A stretch of 64,000 nucleotides of DNA from Candidatus Aenigmatarchaeota archaeon (GTDB lineage Archaea > Aenigmatarchaeota > Aenigmatarchaeia > PWEA01 > JACQIF01). The notes below the pieces were generated by a model. The model did not search any database. It was given only the letters and a program-made list of their open reading frames with translations, and was not told the DNA's origin. Shown in pieces: positions 19,466 through 28,578 of this stretch; the first letter of the stretch is position 1, and each line of letters starts with the position of its first letter. A program made the position numbers and the translations under genes. Location of the stretch: positions 480,001-544,000 of the forward strand of contig CP066684.1 of the NCBI GenBank assembly GCA_016432325.1, given 5' to 3'.

Positions 19466-20194
19466 TCACTTGAGCTCTTCGTCTATTATGGGCTGGAAGG
19501 CCTCGAATGGCTGCGCGCCCACCAGAGGAACGTAGCCTTTCTGGTCGGTGCCTACGAAGAAGGTCGGCGTGCCGCCCACATCGTACTTGCCGCCGTCTGC
19601 GAGGTCTCTCAGAATCAGGGATTCCTTGTCATCGTTGTCCATACACTGCACGACGCGCGCCGCGTCAAGCCCTTCGACTTCACTGAGCCACAGTTTGATG
19701 TCCTCTTCTTTCAGGTCTATGGTCCCGGCCCCCTGTTCGGCCTGCTTCTCGAATATGATGTCGTGAACTTCCCAGAACTTGCCCTGTTCTCGCGCGCATT
19801 CTGCCGCTTCGGCCGCAGGCCGCGCACCCGGATGGAACGAGAGCGGGAAATGCCTGTATTCGAATTCTACCTTGCCCGTATCGATGTATTCGGCCTCGAG
19901 CTGCGGGAGCGTGTCTTCCACGAACTTCCTGCAGAAGGGACACTGGAAATCCGAGTATTCTATTATCCTGACCTTTGCGTCTGCGCTGCCCATTGAAGCC
20001 GCGTCCACGTCCGTCACCTTTACGCGCGAGTCTCCGCTTCCCGCGGCAACGCTGTCTGCAACTCCGCCTGAAACCAGCGCGGGTGAGAATATTACTCCCA
20101 GAAGGAACGAGAACGCGCTGAGACCTATCAAAAAGACGGCCGCCCACTTGACTGTTCCGTGAGGAATGACTATAGCGTTGTGCTCCGCTGCCAT
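19466..20194 (-). CDS. DsbA/BdbD-family thiol-disulfide oxidoreductase
   Basis: N-terminal TM; EYSDFQCPFC, RHFPL, EQGKFW, GTPTFF. Confidence 0.92.
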   Translation of the reverse strand: MAAEHNAIVIPHGTVKWAAVFLIGLSAFSFLLGVIFSPALVSGGVADSVAAGSGDSRVKVTDVDAASMGSADAKVRIIEYSDFQCPFCRKFVEDTLPQLEAEYIDTGKVEFEYRHFPLSFHPGARPAAEAAECAREQGKFWEVHDIIFEKQAEQGAGTIDLKEEDIKLWLSEVEGLDAARVVQCMDNDDKESLILRDLADGGKYDVGGTPTFFVGTDQKGYVPLVGAQPFEAFQPIIDEELK

Positions 20195-20237
20195 GGAGAA
20201 TCTGACACTCCGAGCTATTTAAAGAAGGCTGCGCGCC

Positions 20238-20618
20238 TTACTCCTTTATCAGAACGGCGTTCACGACCCCGTCCTGTCCGGGCCGCGACGTGACGCGCGC
20301 CTTTCCCGCGGACGTGACGATGACGGCGTTCTTCGTGACTATGTTGCGGCGGACGAACTGCGAGTCAGCCGGGTTTGCTGAAACTGTCTTTATCTCGGCC
20401 TTCTGCGACTTGCCCGTCTTCGGGTCTATGACGTTCGCGTAGCTTGCCGAGAGGACGTTGAACTTGAGAGTTCCGCCGCGCGTGCGCACGGCCTTCACTT
20501 TCGCCGGGCCGAGTTTGGTGAATATGGTTTCTGAGGCGAAGTTGTACTTCTTCTTTTTCCTCGGCACGTTCAGCACGCCGCCTGTCGGTTTCCTCATGCT
20601 CTTGTTTCTTGACATCAT
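20238..20618 (-). CDS. rps8e: 30S ribosomal protein S8e
   Basis: RKPTGG, RTRGG, RRNIVTK, ARVTSRPGQDGVVNAVLI. Confidence 0.96.
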   Translation of the reverse strand: MMSRNKSMRKPTGGVLNVPRKKKKYNFASETIFTKLGPAKVKAVRTRGGTLKFNVLSASYANVIDPKTGKSQKAEIKTVSANPADSQFVRRNIVTKNAVIVTSAGKARVTSRPGQDGVVNAVLIKE

Positions 20619-20674
20619 GGTCTCGCACTGAACTCGCAATAAAGGTATAAATAGCCCACGGGCCTACGGGACGC

Positions 20675-20890
20675 ATGAGCAGACCACTCGACGCGCTGGA
20701 AAACGCCAAGGGCAAGCGCGTGCTCGTGAGCCTCAAGGACGGCCACGAAGTCACGGGCACTCTCAAGGCGTTCGACCTTCACCTGAACCTCTGGCTGGAG
20801 GACGCGGAGAAGAGGACCAGCGACAAAACGACCAAGCTGGGGACCGTCGTCGTAAGAGGAGACAACGTGCTGCTCGTTTCTCCAGAATAG
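20675..20890 (+). CDS. Sm-like (Lsm/SmAP1) protein
   Basis: RPLDAL, GTLKAFDLHLNL, VRGDNV; upstream of rpl37e as is typical. Confidence 0.95.
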   Translation: MSRPLDALENAKGKRVLVSLKDGHEVTGTLKAFDLHLNLWLEDAEKRTSDKTTKLGTVVVRGDNVLLVSPE

Positions 20891-20903
20891 AACGGGGATT
20901 TGA

Positions 20904-21113
20904 ATGGAAGACGCTTATTCGATAAGACGGAAATCCGACGACAAGAGGGACGGCGCGGAAGAAACGATTGCAAGGGCAGACGTTCTGATAAAGGAACTGC
21001 ACGCGGATGATCCTGTTGTCGTGGATGACTTCTCGATTGACGTGAAGCGCAGGCCCGGCGAGAAGCATTGGGGGAACGAAGAGAGGCAAAAGCGCAGGGC
21101 GTATCCCAAGTAA
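20904..21113 (+). CDS. Small hypothetical protein between lsm and rpl37e
   Basis: Co-oriented, SD-like GGGGA, fills the gap. Confidence 0.5.
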   Translation: MEDAYSIRRKSDDKRDGAEETIARADVLIKELHADDPVVVDDFSIDVKRRPGEKHWGNEERQKRRAYPK

Positions 21114-21123
21114 GGTGGTTTGA

Positions 21124-21309
21124 TTGTCCAAAGGAACCCCGTCGTTCGGCAAGCACCAGAGCACCACTCACATGCGCTGCCGCCGTTGCGGGCGCTACAC
21201 CTATCACAAGGCGCGAAGCACCTGCGCCGCATGCGGTTTTGGCAAGACGGCAAGCATGAAGACCTACGGCTGGAAGAACAAGGACATCCAGGGCCGCAGG
21301 AAGTGGTAG
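21124..21309 (+). CDS. rpl37e: 50S ribosomal protein L37e
   Basis: [20 protein letters not shown]. Confidence 0.96.
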   Translation: MSKGTPSFGKHQSTTHMRCRRCGRYTYHKARSTCAACGFGKTASMKTYGWKNKDIQGRRKW

Positions 21310-21329
21310 TCGAGGTTCTAGGCGATTAG

Positions 21330-21590
21330 ATGGGAGAAGTAGCATTCACGATGACTATAACGCCCGAACAGGACGCGGACCTTGCGCAGGTCAAATCGGA
21401 ACTTCAGAAGATGTTTTCTCCCAAAGACCTCAGGGAAGAGCCGATCGGCTTCGGCATCAAGGTCATCAAAATCATGTTCGTCCGCGACGACAAGAAGGGC
21501 CACGACACGGATACCGACGTCATCGAGAACAAGATTCGCACCATAAAAGGCGTTGCGGACGTGCGCACGGATGACGTGACGCTGCTCTAA
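21330..21590 (+). CDS. ef1b: Elongation factor 1-beta
   Basis: MGEV...P...D, EEPIGFGIK; archaeal EF-1beta size. Confidence 0.9.
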   Translation: MGEVAFTMTITPEQDADLAQVKSELQKMFSPKDLREEPIGFGIKVIKIMFVRDDKKGHDTDTDVIENKIRTIKGVADVRTDDVTLL

Positions 21591-23068
21591 TTATCGGGCC
21601 TCCTTTGCGGCGCAGGGCCGAACACCTCGTCGAGGGCCTCGTGAACGATCTCTGGATGGTAGCCGTCCCGCGCTATCAGGGCGTGCGCTATCCTGTCGCG
21701 GCCGTGGGGCTTGTGAAGACGCGCATAGTACGTCAGCATTTCCATCAGCGGATCCGAAGGCCGCTTTCTGCCCGGAACCAGAAAAGACCAGCCGAACGCC
21801 ACTGCGGCGATCAACAAAGACAAAAGTCCTCCTACCATCGCAAACTGTGCGGCAGACGCCGAGGCGGCCTGCTTCTGGATGCTGTTCTCGGTAGCGTTAT
21901 GTTGGATGCCAACGTTCGTGTAAGAGCCTCCCGAACCGCTTTGCGGAACCGTCTCCCAGACCATCGGACCTTCGGATAGTTCGCCCGACGGGAGGGCAGA
22001 CAAACCGGGCGGAGGAGAAGATCTTTGTTCGTGCCGCGGTTCTTCTGGCACTGTCTGTTCTTCCGGAGGAGCTGCTTGTTGAGGCGACGAACGCTCGGCC
22101 GTGACGCCGGCCAGCCAGATGGCCAGCGCAGGCTTCGCGCTGCCGTCGGCGCGAACGAGACCAAAGTGCCTCTCGCCCTCACCGTAGTAGTTCGCAATGT
22201 CTGCGTCCGGCGCATCCGTCCAAGAACGGTAGATGAGCGCCTCGACACCCGCGCCCTCGAGGGCCGGAGAGTCGGAGAACAGAGCGTCGAGCACGTTCGC
22301 TTGGTGTCGCGCGTAGGGCGTCTCGGGGTAAGAACTGAGCGCGATGTCGCTGACGAAAACAGGCTTGCCGAATGTGTCGCGCGCCTTCCGTGCGCCATCG
22401 AGAAGGTCGTCTGGAAGACCCGTGTAGGCGTCTGGAGAATCCCTTGTGGAGCCCCGGAGCGCCTGCAATCCTATGGAGTCAGAAGCAGCAGCGGCGCGGT
22501 CCCATGTCTTCCAGTCCTCGCGGCCCCAGTTGCCCAGTCCCATAACGATCTCTGAAGGGTTATAGGAGCTGCGAAAAAATTGCGCTTTCTCCTCCATGTA
22601 AGAGTCCAGCGGCTCGTATGTCGCAACGGACTCCTTGTTGAATTCCGTCTCAAGAACGATGACAACAGGACGCGAACCCATCTGCGCGTTGAGGTGATCC
22701 GCCAATTCGCGCGCAAGCTGGTCCCATCCATCCATGCTTTTATTCACGCCGTGGATCGGCGAATAACAGCCGTTCTCCAGACACTCCGGCGAGATGTCGT
22801 CGCCCCAATAGAAGAACTGTATGACAGGAATTACACCGGCGTCGCGGGCCTTTGCCAGAGCGTCGTCGGTTCCTCCCCAACCGAACTCCTCAATCCAGGG
22901 ACCGACCCACCAGAGGGCGTAGTCCGGCTTCGCGCCGGCCTCAACCTGCTCGTCTATCGACGCGACATCCATGCCGAAATCAAGGCCGTCGGCCGCAGAG
23001 GCCGGCGTCGGGAGCAGCACGGCTATCGCAAAGAGCACCAAGGCCCACCGGCTTGACATCCAGACCAC
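21587..23068 (-). CDS. Secreted, C-terminally anchored glycoside-hydrolase-like protein
   Basis: Signal peptide; Trp-rich domain with VLETEFN and GERHFGL..ADGSAKPA; P/Q/E linker; TM helix. Confidence 0.5.
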   Translation of the reverse strand: MVWMSSRWALVLFAIAVLLPTPASAADGLDFGMDVASIDEQVEAGAKPDYALWWVGPWIEEFGWGGTDDALAKARDAGVIPVIQFFYWGDDISPECLENGCYSPIHGVNKSMDGWDQLARELADHLNAQMGSRPVVIVLETEFNKESVATYEPLDSYMEEKAQFFRSSYNPSEIVMGLGNWGREDWKTWDRAAAASDSIGLQALRGSTRDSPDAYTGLPDDLLDGARKARDTFGKPVFVSDIALSSYPETPYARHQANVLDALFSDSPALEGAGVEALIYRSWTDAPDADIANYYGEGERHFGLVRADGSAKPALAIWLAGVTAERSSPQQAAPPEEQTVPEEPRHEQRSSPPPGLSALPSGELSEGPMVWETVPQSGSGGSYTNVGIQHNATENSIQKQAASASAAQFAMVGGLLSLLIAAVAFGWSFLVPGRKRPSDPLMEMLTYYARLHKPHGRDRIAHALIARDGYHPEIVHEALDEVFGPAPQRRPDN

Positions 23069-23132
23069 CCATCAACAATCCCTGCAACTATTTGCTTTCC
23101 TGAGAAGATAAAACTTTTGTCGGGCCGGAGAA

Positions 23133-23306
23133 TCAGCAATACTCGCAGACCTTTCCTTTGATGACCTTGCCCTTCGCTTTCGTGTGCGCCTTTGCGTACG
23201 CGTTCTTGTCCTTCGTGCAGCAGAATGTCAGGCCGAGAGCTGAGACGCCCTTGCCCTTCACGGGTTTGCCGCAGAAGTCGCATTTCTTTCCGAAAAGTCC
23301 AAACAC
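23133..23306 (-). CDS. Small Cys-rich metal-binding protein (TRASH/zinc-finger-like, 57 aa, below ORF cutoff)
   Basis: GAGGAG SD plus GTG; MFGLFGKKCDFCGKPVKGKGVSALGLTFCCTKDKNAYAKAHTKAKGKVIKGKVCEYC. Confidence 0.7.
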   Translation of the reverse strand: MFGLFGKKCDFCGKPVKGKGVSALGLTFCCTKDKNAYAKAHTKAKGKVIKGKVCEYC

Positions 23307-23315
23307 GCAATCTCC

Positions 23316-23555
23316 TCACTTTATCTTCAGCGCTTTCTTCAACGCGTTCTCGTCCCATCCGACTATTATCGTGCTGTTGTCTATTTCGACCACAGGAACG
23401 CCCATCTGGCCGCTCTTTTCCACGAGCTCGTTGCGCGCCTTGTCATCCTCGAGGACGTTGACCTCGCTGTACTTCACGTTGTTGGCCTTGAAGAACTCCT
23501 TCGTGCGCTTGCACCACTGGCACGTGGGGGTCGTGTAGATTTTCACGGAGGGCAT
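23316..23555 (-). CDS. Glutaredoxin-like protein (NrdH/YruB family)
   Basis: YTTPTCQWC, SGQMGVPV, IVGWD. Confidence 0.92.
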   Translation of the reverse strand: MPSVKIYTTPTCQWCKRTKEFFKANNVKYSEVNVLEDDKARNELVEKSGQMGVPVVEIDNSTIIVGWDENALKKALKIK

Positions 23556-23669
23556 GCGAAGAATATGTGAAGACCGTATTTAAACCTTGCACGCGCTCTC
23601 CTGCGAGATCGACTGCAAGAAGAAAAGCTTCAGACTGGTCGAGCCTTCTGTGAAGTAAGCCCGAACTGG

Positions 23670-24383
23670 CTATTTCCTACTCGTCTTCTCGTAGCTGTCC
23701 TCAAGGCTAAGGAAGTCGCGTATGATTCTGTCAAACTCCTTCTTTGTGAAATCTTGTGGGTAGGTAGGCGTGCCGAAAAGCCGGGCCTTCTCAATGCCAG
23801 GCAGATATTGAGGGATGCGGACGAATCCCTTCGCTTGTCCCGTGCGCAGGTACAGGTCCACCTTCGGTATTCGCCAGAACTTCGCCAGGCCTTCAAATGT
23901 TGGTTGTTGTCCTGTTTCGGCGCAACGCGTCAGGGCGCGGGCCAGTTCCTTGTTCCCGTTGTATGGCGCCAGAACGTGTACTTTTTTACCTTCGTGTCCA
24001 TTTACTTTTTTCAGGGCGCTATGCAGTTTCTCCTCGTCGCTGTGTTTTGAGAACAACACATCCAGTTCTCCTACCACGTCTACCTGAATATCTAGCTCTT
24101 GGACTACTCTGCTACCGCACACCTTGCTTGCACCCATCAAAAATGCGTCCATAAGAGGTGCAGTGTCCTTCATCGGTCTGTCAAGGTTGTACTCGGCCAT
24201 GACACCAAGCGAGAGTTCGTCCACCCGACCGCCCTTGCCGAAACACCATCCGATCAGCTCGATTATCACATCGACGCTGGCGGCGTAAACTTCAAAGAGG
24301 GATATTCCACTCTTGGAAGCCCAACGCCTGTGCCCGTCTGGAGCGTATACAAGATGGCCTACTGACGCCAGACGATTTCCCAT
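23670..24383 (-). CDS. Divergent cis-prenyltransferase (UppS-like)
   Basis: HLVYAPDGHRRWA (cf. IMDGNRRWA), YNLDRP, PYNG..E, VDLYLRTG. Confidence 0.7.
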   Translation of the reverse strand: MGNRLASVGHLVYAPDGHRRWASKSGISLFEVYAASVDVIIELIGWCFGKGGRVDELSLGVMAEYNLDRPMKDTAPLMDAFLMGASKVCGSRVVQELDIQVDVVGELDVLFSKHSDEEKLHSALKKVNGHEGKKVHVLAPYNGNKELARALTRCAETGQQPTFEGLAKFWRIPKVDLYLRTGQAKGFVRIPQYLPGIEKARLFGTPTYPQDFTKKEFDRIIRDFLSLEDSYEKTSRK

Positions 24384-24419
24384 GACACAACACCCTCTGG
24401 AATACAAAACAAACGGGCC

Positions 24420-25337
24420 TCACGTATAATCCGTATATACCGTCTTGTTGAGCAGGTCCTTGATGCACGAAATGGCGGCATTGCAGCCTTCGCCCACGCT
24501 CTTCCCGACCTGTATGTTGCCGCCTGTGCAGCCGCCTGCGGCGTAGACGCGAGGAACGTTCGTGCGGCCGTCCCTGTCCGTGCGCAGGAACACGCCCTCA
24601 TGGTCTATCCCGAGCTTGTTGGCGAACGCCATGCCCGAAGCGGTGCCGACGGCGACAAACACGCCGTCGAACTTGAGCTTCTCGCCGGTGTCGAGCTGTA
24701 TGTAATCGAGCATGCCGCGCGCGTTGCCTGCGAACGATTTTCCGGAGATGCGCTTCAACGTTACGCGCGCCTTTTTAAGCTCGGCTTCGAGTTCCTTCGT
24801 GAACGAGAACTCGCTCAGGCCCAGAATCGTTATCTCTTTCGTATATGCCGTAAGCTCGAGAGCCTCTTCGGCAGCGTAGTTCCCGGAGCCGATGACCGCG
24901 ACCTTCTTCCCCTTGTAAAAGACGCCGTCGCAGGCCACGCAGTAGTGGATTCCCTTTCCGACGTACGCGTCCTCGTTGGCAAACCCGGACTTCTGGAACT
25001 TCATGCCAGCGGCGATTATCAGGGCGCGGGAGGTGAAGGACTTGTTAGTGGCAGTTTTGACTGTGAACGTCTCGCCATCGCGCAACGCGTGAACGACCTC
25101 CTCTTCCACCATCGAAACCTTGTACTTCTTGGAGTGCGCGATGAAGCGGTCTATAATCTGCGGGCCGGCTATCTTCTCGCTGAATCCCAGATAGTTTCCT
25201 ATCTCGTGCGACTTTTCGAGAGACGAACCGTGAGGGAAGCCGAGTATGAGAACCTTCAGCTGGGCGCGGGCCAAGTAGAGTGATGCTGAAAGACCCGCAG
25301 GCCCTGCGCCGATGATGATGACGTCGTAGTCTGGCAT
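24420..25337 (-). CDS. trxB: Thioredoxin reductase
   Basis: GAGPAGLSA, GIHYCVACDG, VIGSGN, FDGVFVAVG, TNVPRVYAAG. Confidence 0.88.
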   Translation of the reverse strand: MPDYDVIIIGAGPAGLSASLYLARAQLKVLILGFPHGSSLEKSHEIGNYLGFSEKIAGPQIIDRFIAHSKKYKVSMVEEEVVHALRDGETFTVKTATNKSFTSRALIIAAGMKFQKSGFANEDAYVGKGIHYCVACDGVFYKGKKVAVIGSGNYAAEEALELTAYTKEITILGLSEFSFTKELEAELKKARVTLKRISGKSFAGNARGMLDYIQLDTGEKLKFDGVFVAVGTASGMAFANKLGIDHEGVFLRTDRDGRTNVPRVYAAGGCTGGNIQVGKSVGEGCNAAISCIKDLLNKTVYTDYT

Positions 25338-25382
25338 GCGTCGGTCTTCTCGCGTCCAGAATATAAAGGATGTGCGTGCGCC

Positions 25383-26201
25383 TTAAATCCGTTTCGGAGG
25401 AATCGTCTCGACTTTGGGTGCAGAAAAAACCGACAATTCGGGGTAGGCGTTTCTGATCGCCTTTTCCGCCTCTTCCACGCTCTTCATGAAAAGCGGGTGG
25501 TTGACCGCAGACGTCCCCGAGGCTAGCACGGAGGCTTGGATGTAGTATCTCTCGACGTCTTCTACGCGTCTTGCGCTGGCTATGTCGGTGGCGGCTTTCA
25601 TGGCCTTGCGGCGGTAGTTGCGGACCGTGGCGTCTGGAACAAGCGCGTCTATTTTCGCTCTGTCAAGATTGGTTCCATGGGCGGCGTAGCGTCCCAGCAC
25701 GATGGCCGCGCCTTCGGCTGCAGTTATCCACTCCTCCTGCACCACATACATTCCGTTGGCGTATCTGAGGTAAGAGCGGCCGCGGGTCGTGTGATAGTTT
25801 GGTTTTTCGTCCTCTATGATCTCTTCCAATCGGGCCATGGTCACGCGCCTGCCGCTCTTGAGCTGGATGTCGCTGACTAACGGTCTGGACATGTCCATCG
25901 AACCGAGGGCTTCGTCGTCGAGGTGCGCGTCGAGTCGCCTAGCAACTGCCAGCATTCCCAGTCCGAACAGGTCTGTGTTGAATCCTATTTTGTCGAGCGG
26001 CTTGAACTTTTGCGGCGACGATAGGACGTTGCGAATGCCTTCGTAGTATGCTGTTTGCTCTATCGCTCCCGCTCCTATCTCGCAGCCGGCGAACTCGGCC
26101 GCGTTCAGAAATGTAAGCGTCTCGTAGACGTGGCCTTGCTTGGCCGATTCTATCGCAAGGTTTCTCAGGTGTTCCGCCTTCCTTGCTGGTTCGATATCAA
26201 T
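25383..26201 (-). CDS. Hypothetical protein; probable ATT start at 26201 (ORF track starts at 25955)
   Basis: Frame stays open 82 codons upstream of 25955 to the sufC stop; GAGGTG SD upstream of ATT. Confidence 0.5.
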   Translation of the reverse strand: MDIEPARKAEHLRNLAIESAKQGHVYETLTFLNAAEFAGCEIGAGAIEQTAYYEGIRNVLSSPQKFKPLDKIGFNTDLFGLGMLAVARRLDAHLDDEALGSMDMSRPLVSDIQLKSGRRVTMARLEEIIEDEKPNYHTTRGRSYLRYANGMYVVQEEWITAAEGAAIVLGRYAAHGTNLDRAKIDALVPDATVRNYRRKAMKAATDIASARRVEDVERYYIQASVLASGTSAVNHPLFMKSVEEAEKAIRNAYPELSVFSAPKVETIPPKRI

Positions 26202-26204
26202 CGT

Positions 26205-26942
26205 CTACGCCACCTCGTATCCCTTCTTCTCCAGCTCCTCGGCGAGCTCGAGACCGCCTGTTCGTGCGACGCGGCCGTCGACCATCACGTGCACGCTGTC
26301 CGGCTTGACGTAATCAAGAATACGTTTGTAGTGCGTGATTATAAGAAAACCTGTCCTCGGTCCGCGCATCGCCTCTATTCCAGACGCGACTATGCGCAGG
26401 GCGTCGATGTCGAGTCCGCTGTCTATTTCGTCGAGGACCGCAATCTCAGGCCGCAGGACAGCGAGCTGCAGAATCTCCATGCGCTTCTTCTCGCCGCCGG
26501 AGAAGCCCTCGTTCAGGTAGCGGTTTGCGAACGCATCGTCTATATTGAGCTCGCGCATCTTCTGTTTCAAATCCTTCATGAAGTTCATGACGTTCAGACC
26601 CTTGTCGCGAGCCTTCGCCGCGGTGAACAGGAAGTTTGCGACAGTGACGCCGGGGATTTCGCTCGGATACTGGAAGCCGAGGAACAGGCCGAGGCGCGCG
26701 CGTTCATCCGGTTTTGCGTTTGTAACGTCCGTTCCGTTGAACAGTATACGCCCGCGCGTTATCCTGTACTTCGGATGACCCATCAGAGCAAACGCTAACG
26801 TCGACTTGCCGGAGCCGTTCGGGCCCATCACAGCCTGCACGTCTCCTTTGTTGACGGTCAGCGAGAGCCCTTTGACTATCTCTTTTGCATCGACGCTCAC
26901 GTGCAGGTCCTCTATCACGAGTCCGTTTTTCTTTGCGGCCAT
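26205..26942 (-). CDS. sufC: Fe-S cluster assembly ATPase SufC
   Basis: MGPNGSGKST, FQYPSEIPGV, NEGFSGGEKKR, LDEIDSGLDIDAL, ITHY. Confidence 0.96.
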   Translation of the reverse strand: MAAKKNGLVIEDLHVSVDAKEIVKGLSLTVNKGDVQAVMGPNGSGKSTLAFALMGHPKYRITRGRILFNGTDVTNAKPDERARLGLFLGFQYPSEIPGVTVANFLFTAAKARDKGLNVMNFMKDLKQKMRELNIDDAFANRYLNEGFSGGEKKRMEILQLAVLRPEIAVLDEIDSGLDIDALRIVASGIEAMRGPRTGFLIITHYKRILDYVKPDSVHVMVDGRVARTGGLELAEELEKKGYEVA

Positions 26943-27367
26943 CAAGCACCCTCTCCTGGAACGTCTTCGGTGGTGGTTTTGGGTACGCGCGCTCCTTCGT
27001 GCGCGAGTATGCCGTGTTTCATCGTAACGAGCCCGAGCATCGCGCACTTCATGCGTGTCGCGCTTATCGGCACTCCTAGCATGCTCACGACGTCGTCTCT
27101 CTCAATCCTTTTCACGTCGGCGAGCGCCATGCCTTTGATGCGTTCGGTGAGCATCGAAGCCGCGGCTTGGCTTATCGCGCAGCCCGAGCCGCGGAACCTG
27201 ACATCTTTTATGACGTCGCCGTTGAGCTTCGCCATAATCTCTATCTCATCGCCGCAGAGCGGATTCTGGCCAGAGTGCTTTATGTCCGGGCGCGTCAGCG
27301 CTCCCTTGTTGCGCGGATGCCTGTAGTGGTCCAGAACGTTCTCCTGATACATCTGTGAGCTCATCAT
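26942..27367 (-). CDS. sufU: SufU/IscU-type scaffold or sulfur-transfer protein
   Basis: LDHYRHPRNKG, NPLCGD, GCAISQAAASM, RMKCA. Confidence 0.9.
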   Translation of the reverse strand: MMSSQMYQENVLDHYRHPRNKGALTRPDIKHSGQNPLCGDEIEIMAKLNGDVIKDVRFRGSGCAISQAAASMLTERIKGMALADVKRIERDDVVSMLGVPISATRMKCAMLGLVTMKHGILAHEGARVPKTTTEDVPGEGA

Positions 27368-28578
27368 ACGCCAAACACCTTCTTCGCCTTTCCTATCGCC
27401 ACCACCAGCGCATCCACGTCGTCGCGGGTGTTGTAGATATAAAAAGACACGCGTGCGCACGCGCCTACGCCCAGCGCGTTCAAAAGAGGCTGCGCGCAGT
27501 GATGCCCCGCGCGGACGCAAACGTTGTAGTCGTCCAGAACGCTCGCCAGGTCGTGAGGATGAACGCCTGCCAGATTGAAGGCGACGACTCCGCCGCGTTC
27601 GCGCGGGCGGCCGTAAATCGTAACTCCTTTTATCGTGGAGAGCTTTTTAATGGCGTATTCTGTAAGCATCCTTTCGTGTGTGCGCACGTTCTCCATTCCA
27701 ACGCCTTCCAAATAGCCGATGGCCGCCGCGAGCCCGACAGCGCCCGCGACGTTGGGCGTGCCTGCCTCGAACTTCCATGGAAGGGCATTCCACTCGGCAT
27801 TCTCGTACGTGACGCGCGAAATCATGTCCCCGCCGTACAGGAAGGGCTCCATCTTCTCGAGATGCGCACGTTTGGCATAGAGGACGCCTATGCCGGTGGG
27901 TCCGCACATCTTGTGCCCGGAGAATACAAGGAAGTCCGCGTCTCCGACGCGCGCGGGCATGTGAGGAACGCTCTGCGCCGCGTCCACGAGCACGCGGGCG
28001 CCGACCTTGTGCGCCTCTTTTATGATGCGCGAGATGTCATTGACTGTTCCGAGAACGTTCGAGACGTGCGTGACGGCGACGAGCTTCGTACGGGATGTCA
28101 TGAGCTTGCCCATATCGTCATAAACGAGTTCTCCGTTCTTGTCTATCTCTATAAACTTCAGCTTCGCGCCTGTCTTCTTGCAGACGAACTGCCACGGCAC
28201 GAGGTTCGAGTGGTGTTCCATGCGCGTTACGAGAATCTCGTCTCCTTTTTTCACGTTCGCAAGGGCCCAGGAATACGCGACGAGGTTTATCGCTTCTGTC
28301 GCGTTGCGGACGAAGATTATCTCTTCATGCGATTGTGCGCCTATGAAATCCGCGACCTTGCGGTGAGCGGCCTCGTACGCTTCTGTCGCTTCCTCGCTTA
28401 TCCTGTAGACGCCGCGATGAACGTTGGCGTTGTATTTCTTGTAGTATGTGTTCATGGCTTCGATGACCTTATTCGGCTTCTGCGAAGTGGCTGCGCTGTC
28501 CAGATAGACCATGCGCCCGGAGAGTATTGGAAAGTCTGAACGGATGCGTCTCGCGTCTATTCCTGTCGTTCGCTTCAT
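27364..28578 (-). CDS. sufS: Cysteine desulfurase SufS
   Basis: YLDSAATSQKP, NANVHRG, MEHHSN, SGHKMCGP, FEAGTP, RAGHHCAQP. Confidence 0.96.
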   Translation of the reverse strand: MKRTTGIDARRIRSDFPILSGRMVYLDSAATSQKPNKVIEAMNTYYKKYNANVHRGVYRISEEATEAYEAAHRKVADFIGAQSHEEIIFVRNATEAINLVAYSWALANVKKGDEILVTRMEHHSNLVPWQFVCKKTGAKLKFIEIDKNGELVYDDMGKLMTSRTKLVAVTHVSNVLGTVNDISRIIKEAHKVGARVLVDAAQSVPHMPARVGDADFLVFSGHKMCGPTGIGVLYAKRAHLEKMEPFLYGGDMISRVTYENAEWNALPWKFEAGTPNVAGAVGLAAAIGYLEGVGMENVRTHERMLTEYAIKKLSTIKGVTIYGRPRERGGVVAFNLAGVHPHDLASVLDDYNVCVRAGHHCAQPLLNALGVGACARVSFYIYNTRDDVDALVVAIGKAKKVFGV

